Source of the DNA: Azolla caroliniana
Lineage: Eukaryota > Plantae > Polypodiophyta
Assembly (NCBI GenBank): GCA_043228905.1
Contig: JBHGNT010000011.1
Span: forward strand, 868,001-932,000
DNA: 64,000 nt
Direction of reading: 5' to 3'
A program made the translations under genes and the position numbers. This document shows positions 63,016-64,000 of the stretch, in pieces; position 1 is the first letter of the stretch; every line of letters begins with the position of its first letter. Below the pieces are notes generated by a model. The model was given only the letters and a program-made list of their open reading frames with translations. It ran no database searches and had not been told where the DNA came from.

Positions 63016-63833
63016 GAAGGTGGACTGGACGATAACTGATTGCGGATGGCCTCTGTGCGGCCATCGACTCTGTTAGAGGCAAGGAGGGTAAGAAGATATG
63101 GACGGCAGTGGCGCAATGGCTCACCCTATTGGCGCCACCTATCGAGCCTGTCAATACCACGAAGCGGGGAAGAACAACCGAAGGCACCCTGAAAACGGCC
63201 TCGAAATGGTAGCAATTGTTGCCTTCTAAGGCAACCAAAGGGAAGGTGGCCAACACGGACCAGGCGGCAAAGGAGCGCGCCAATAGGAAGCGGCAGGCGG
63301 AAACGTAGGAGGAGCCACCAGCACGGCCAATCAAGATCAGGCTTCACCAACCGGTTCAACAAGCGCTGGACCCCTTGGTAGTGCAAATCAACATTGGGAC
63401 TCAGGAGGAGGAAGTGGAGGAGGAACCGTTAGAGCACCTCCAGCGGCCGGGGAGCGTTTGGACCCAAAGAAGGATGGAACGCCTATACCCCGCACTGAGC
63501 AGCCCGCACCAAGGATGGAACCAGAACCGGTTCGGACAGAACCGGTCACAGAGCTCCCTGCACAACAACCTCTACAAGCGGGTCAGGATACGGCAAGACC
63601 CGAAATGCAAGCGCCGGAAGTATCTGCGGAAAGGACATTAGGCCTATGACCGGCTGAAGGAGGAGAAAGAGAAGGCGCTGCAAGAAAAGGAGAAGCTGCG
63701 ACGGATGGTGGAAACAGAGATCGAAAGACTGAAAGAAGAACTCCGTCAACAAAAGGATCGAGAAGACCGCGCTCGCCGTCAACTCAACCAAAAGTTGAAG
63801 CAGAAGACCGATGATTTTGAGCACCTGCACTGG
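63016..63833 (+). pseudogene. G2 extra 3' ORF, 3' part (Pro/Glu-rich linker and coiled coil)
   Basis: Resumes ...EG|VKVDW after G3 and ends in LKEEKEKALQEKEKLRRMVETEIERLKEELRQQK... Interrupted again at 63834. Confidence 0.65.
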
Positions 63834-64000
63834 TGTCGTGAAGATCCGTCACTACGCGTGGATTGTGAGGCGGAACCGCCGAGGTTCTGGACCGGAAGGA
63901 GTTGAAGTTGGCGTGCAAGCTTTAGCGAGAAAGTATTTAAGCTAGATTGAAAGAGAGAGAGAGCTTGAGATAGAATAGAACACTTGATTTTAGATTGAGA
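63834..64000 (-). mobile_element. Family-A gypsy LTR (U5 end), continuing beyond the window
   Basis: TGTCGTGAAGATCCGTCAC...GAGGCGGAACCGCC...GGTTCTGGACCGGAAGG matches 24726 and 32452. Confidence 0.9.

Larger units (their letters stand above)
37027..63833 (+). mobile_element. Gypsy G2 (non-chromovirus, Tat/Athila-like RT), the scaffold hosting S1, C2, G3/C3 and a family-A LTR; own LTRs not visible
   Basis: Gag MPFQYPRYRDNPDAEAHV (~37602) with Zn knuckles (CYYCRQEGHYSNQC), PR IIDGGS, RT DVFSWSYEDM...YSFLDGFSGYNQI...FLDD, partly deleted RH, IN HxxxxGH...WGLDFVGP...KWVNGF|RLKPY (resumes at 49171), then an extra ORF. Reading frames are restored on removing each insertion. Confidence 0.88.

Overview
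Eukaryotic, land-plant-type nuclear DNA; a non-seed plant is plausible but cannot be proven from sequence. The first ~24 kb is AT-rich and holds three host genes: the last five exons of MSH4 (+), an intronless EF-hand/TPR/ZZ-finger gene (+, At1g05150-like) whose 3' end is tandemly duplicated, and a four-exon PPTC7-type PP2C phosphatase (-). Microsatellites and old retroelement relics lie between them. From ~24.35 kb to the end is a nested, GC/CpG-rich LTR-retrotransposon stack: four Ty1/copia copies, a Tat/Athila-like gypsy with an extra 3' ORF, an unassigned solo LTR, and five insertions of an unusual tRNA-Trp-primed gypsy lineage. That lineage is the main discovery. (1) Two divergent families share a -1 frameshift cassette (G GAU UUU UAG, 6-nt spacer, covarying H-type pseudoknot) placed after the protease, giving Gag-PR / RT-RH-IN. 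(2) Their protease motif is D-H-G. (3) They insert at xCGx sites, and the 4-bp duplication is mismatched next to the U5 end in all three scorable cases. (4) One family carries a tRNA-Lys-like Pol III A/B-box module inside its LTR. All coordinates and counts were read by eye; no searches were run.
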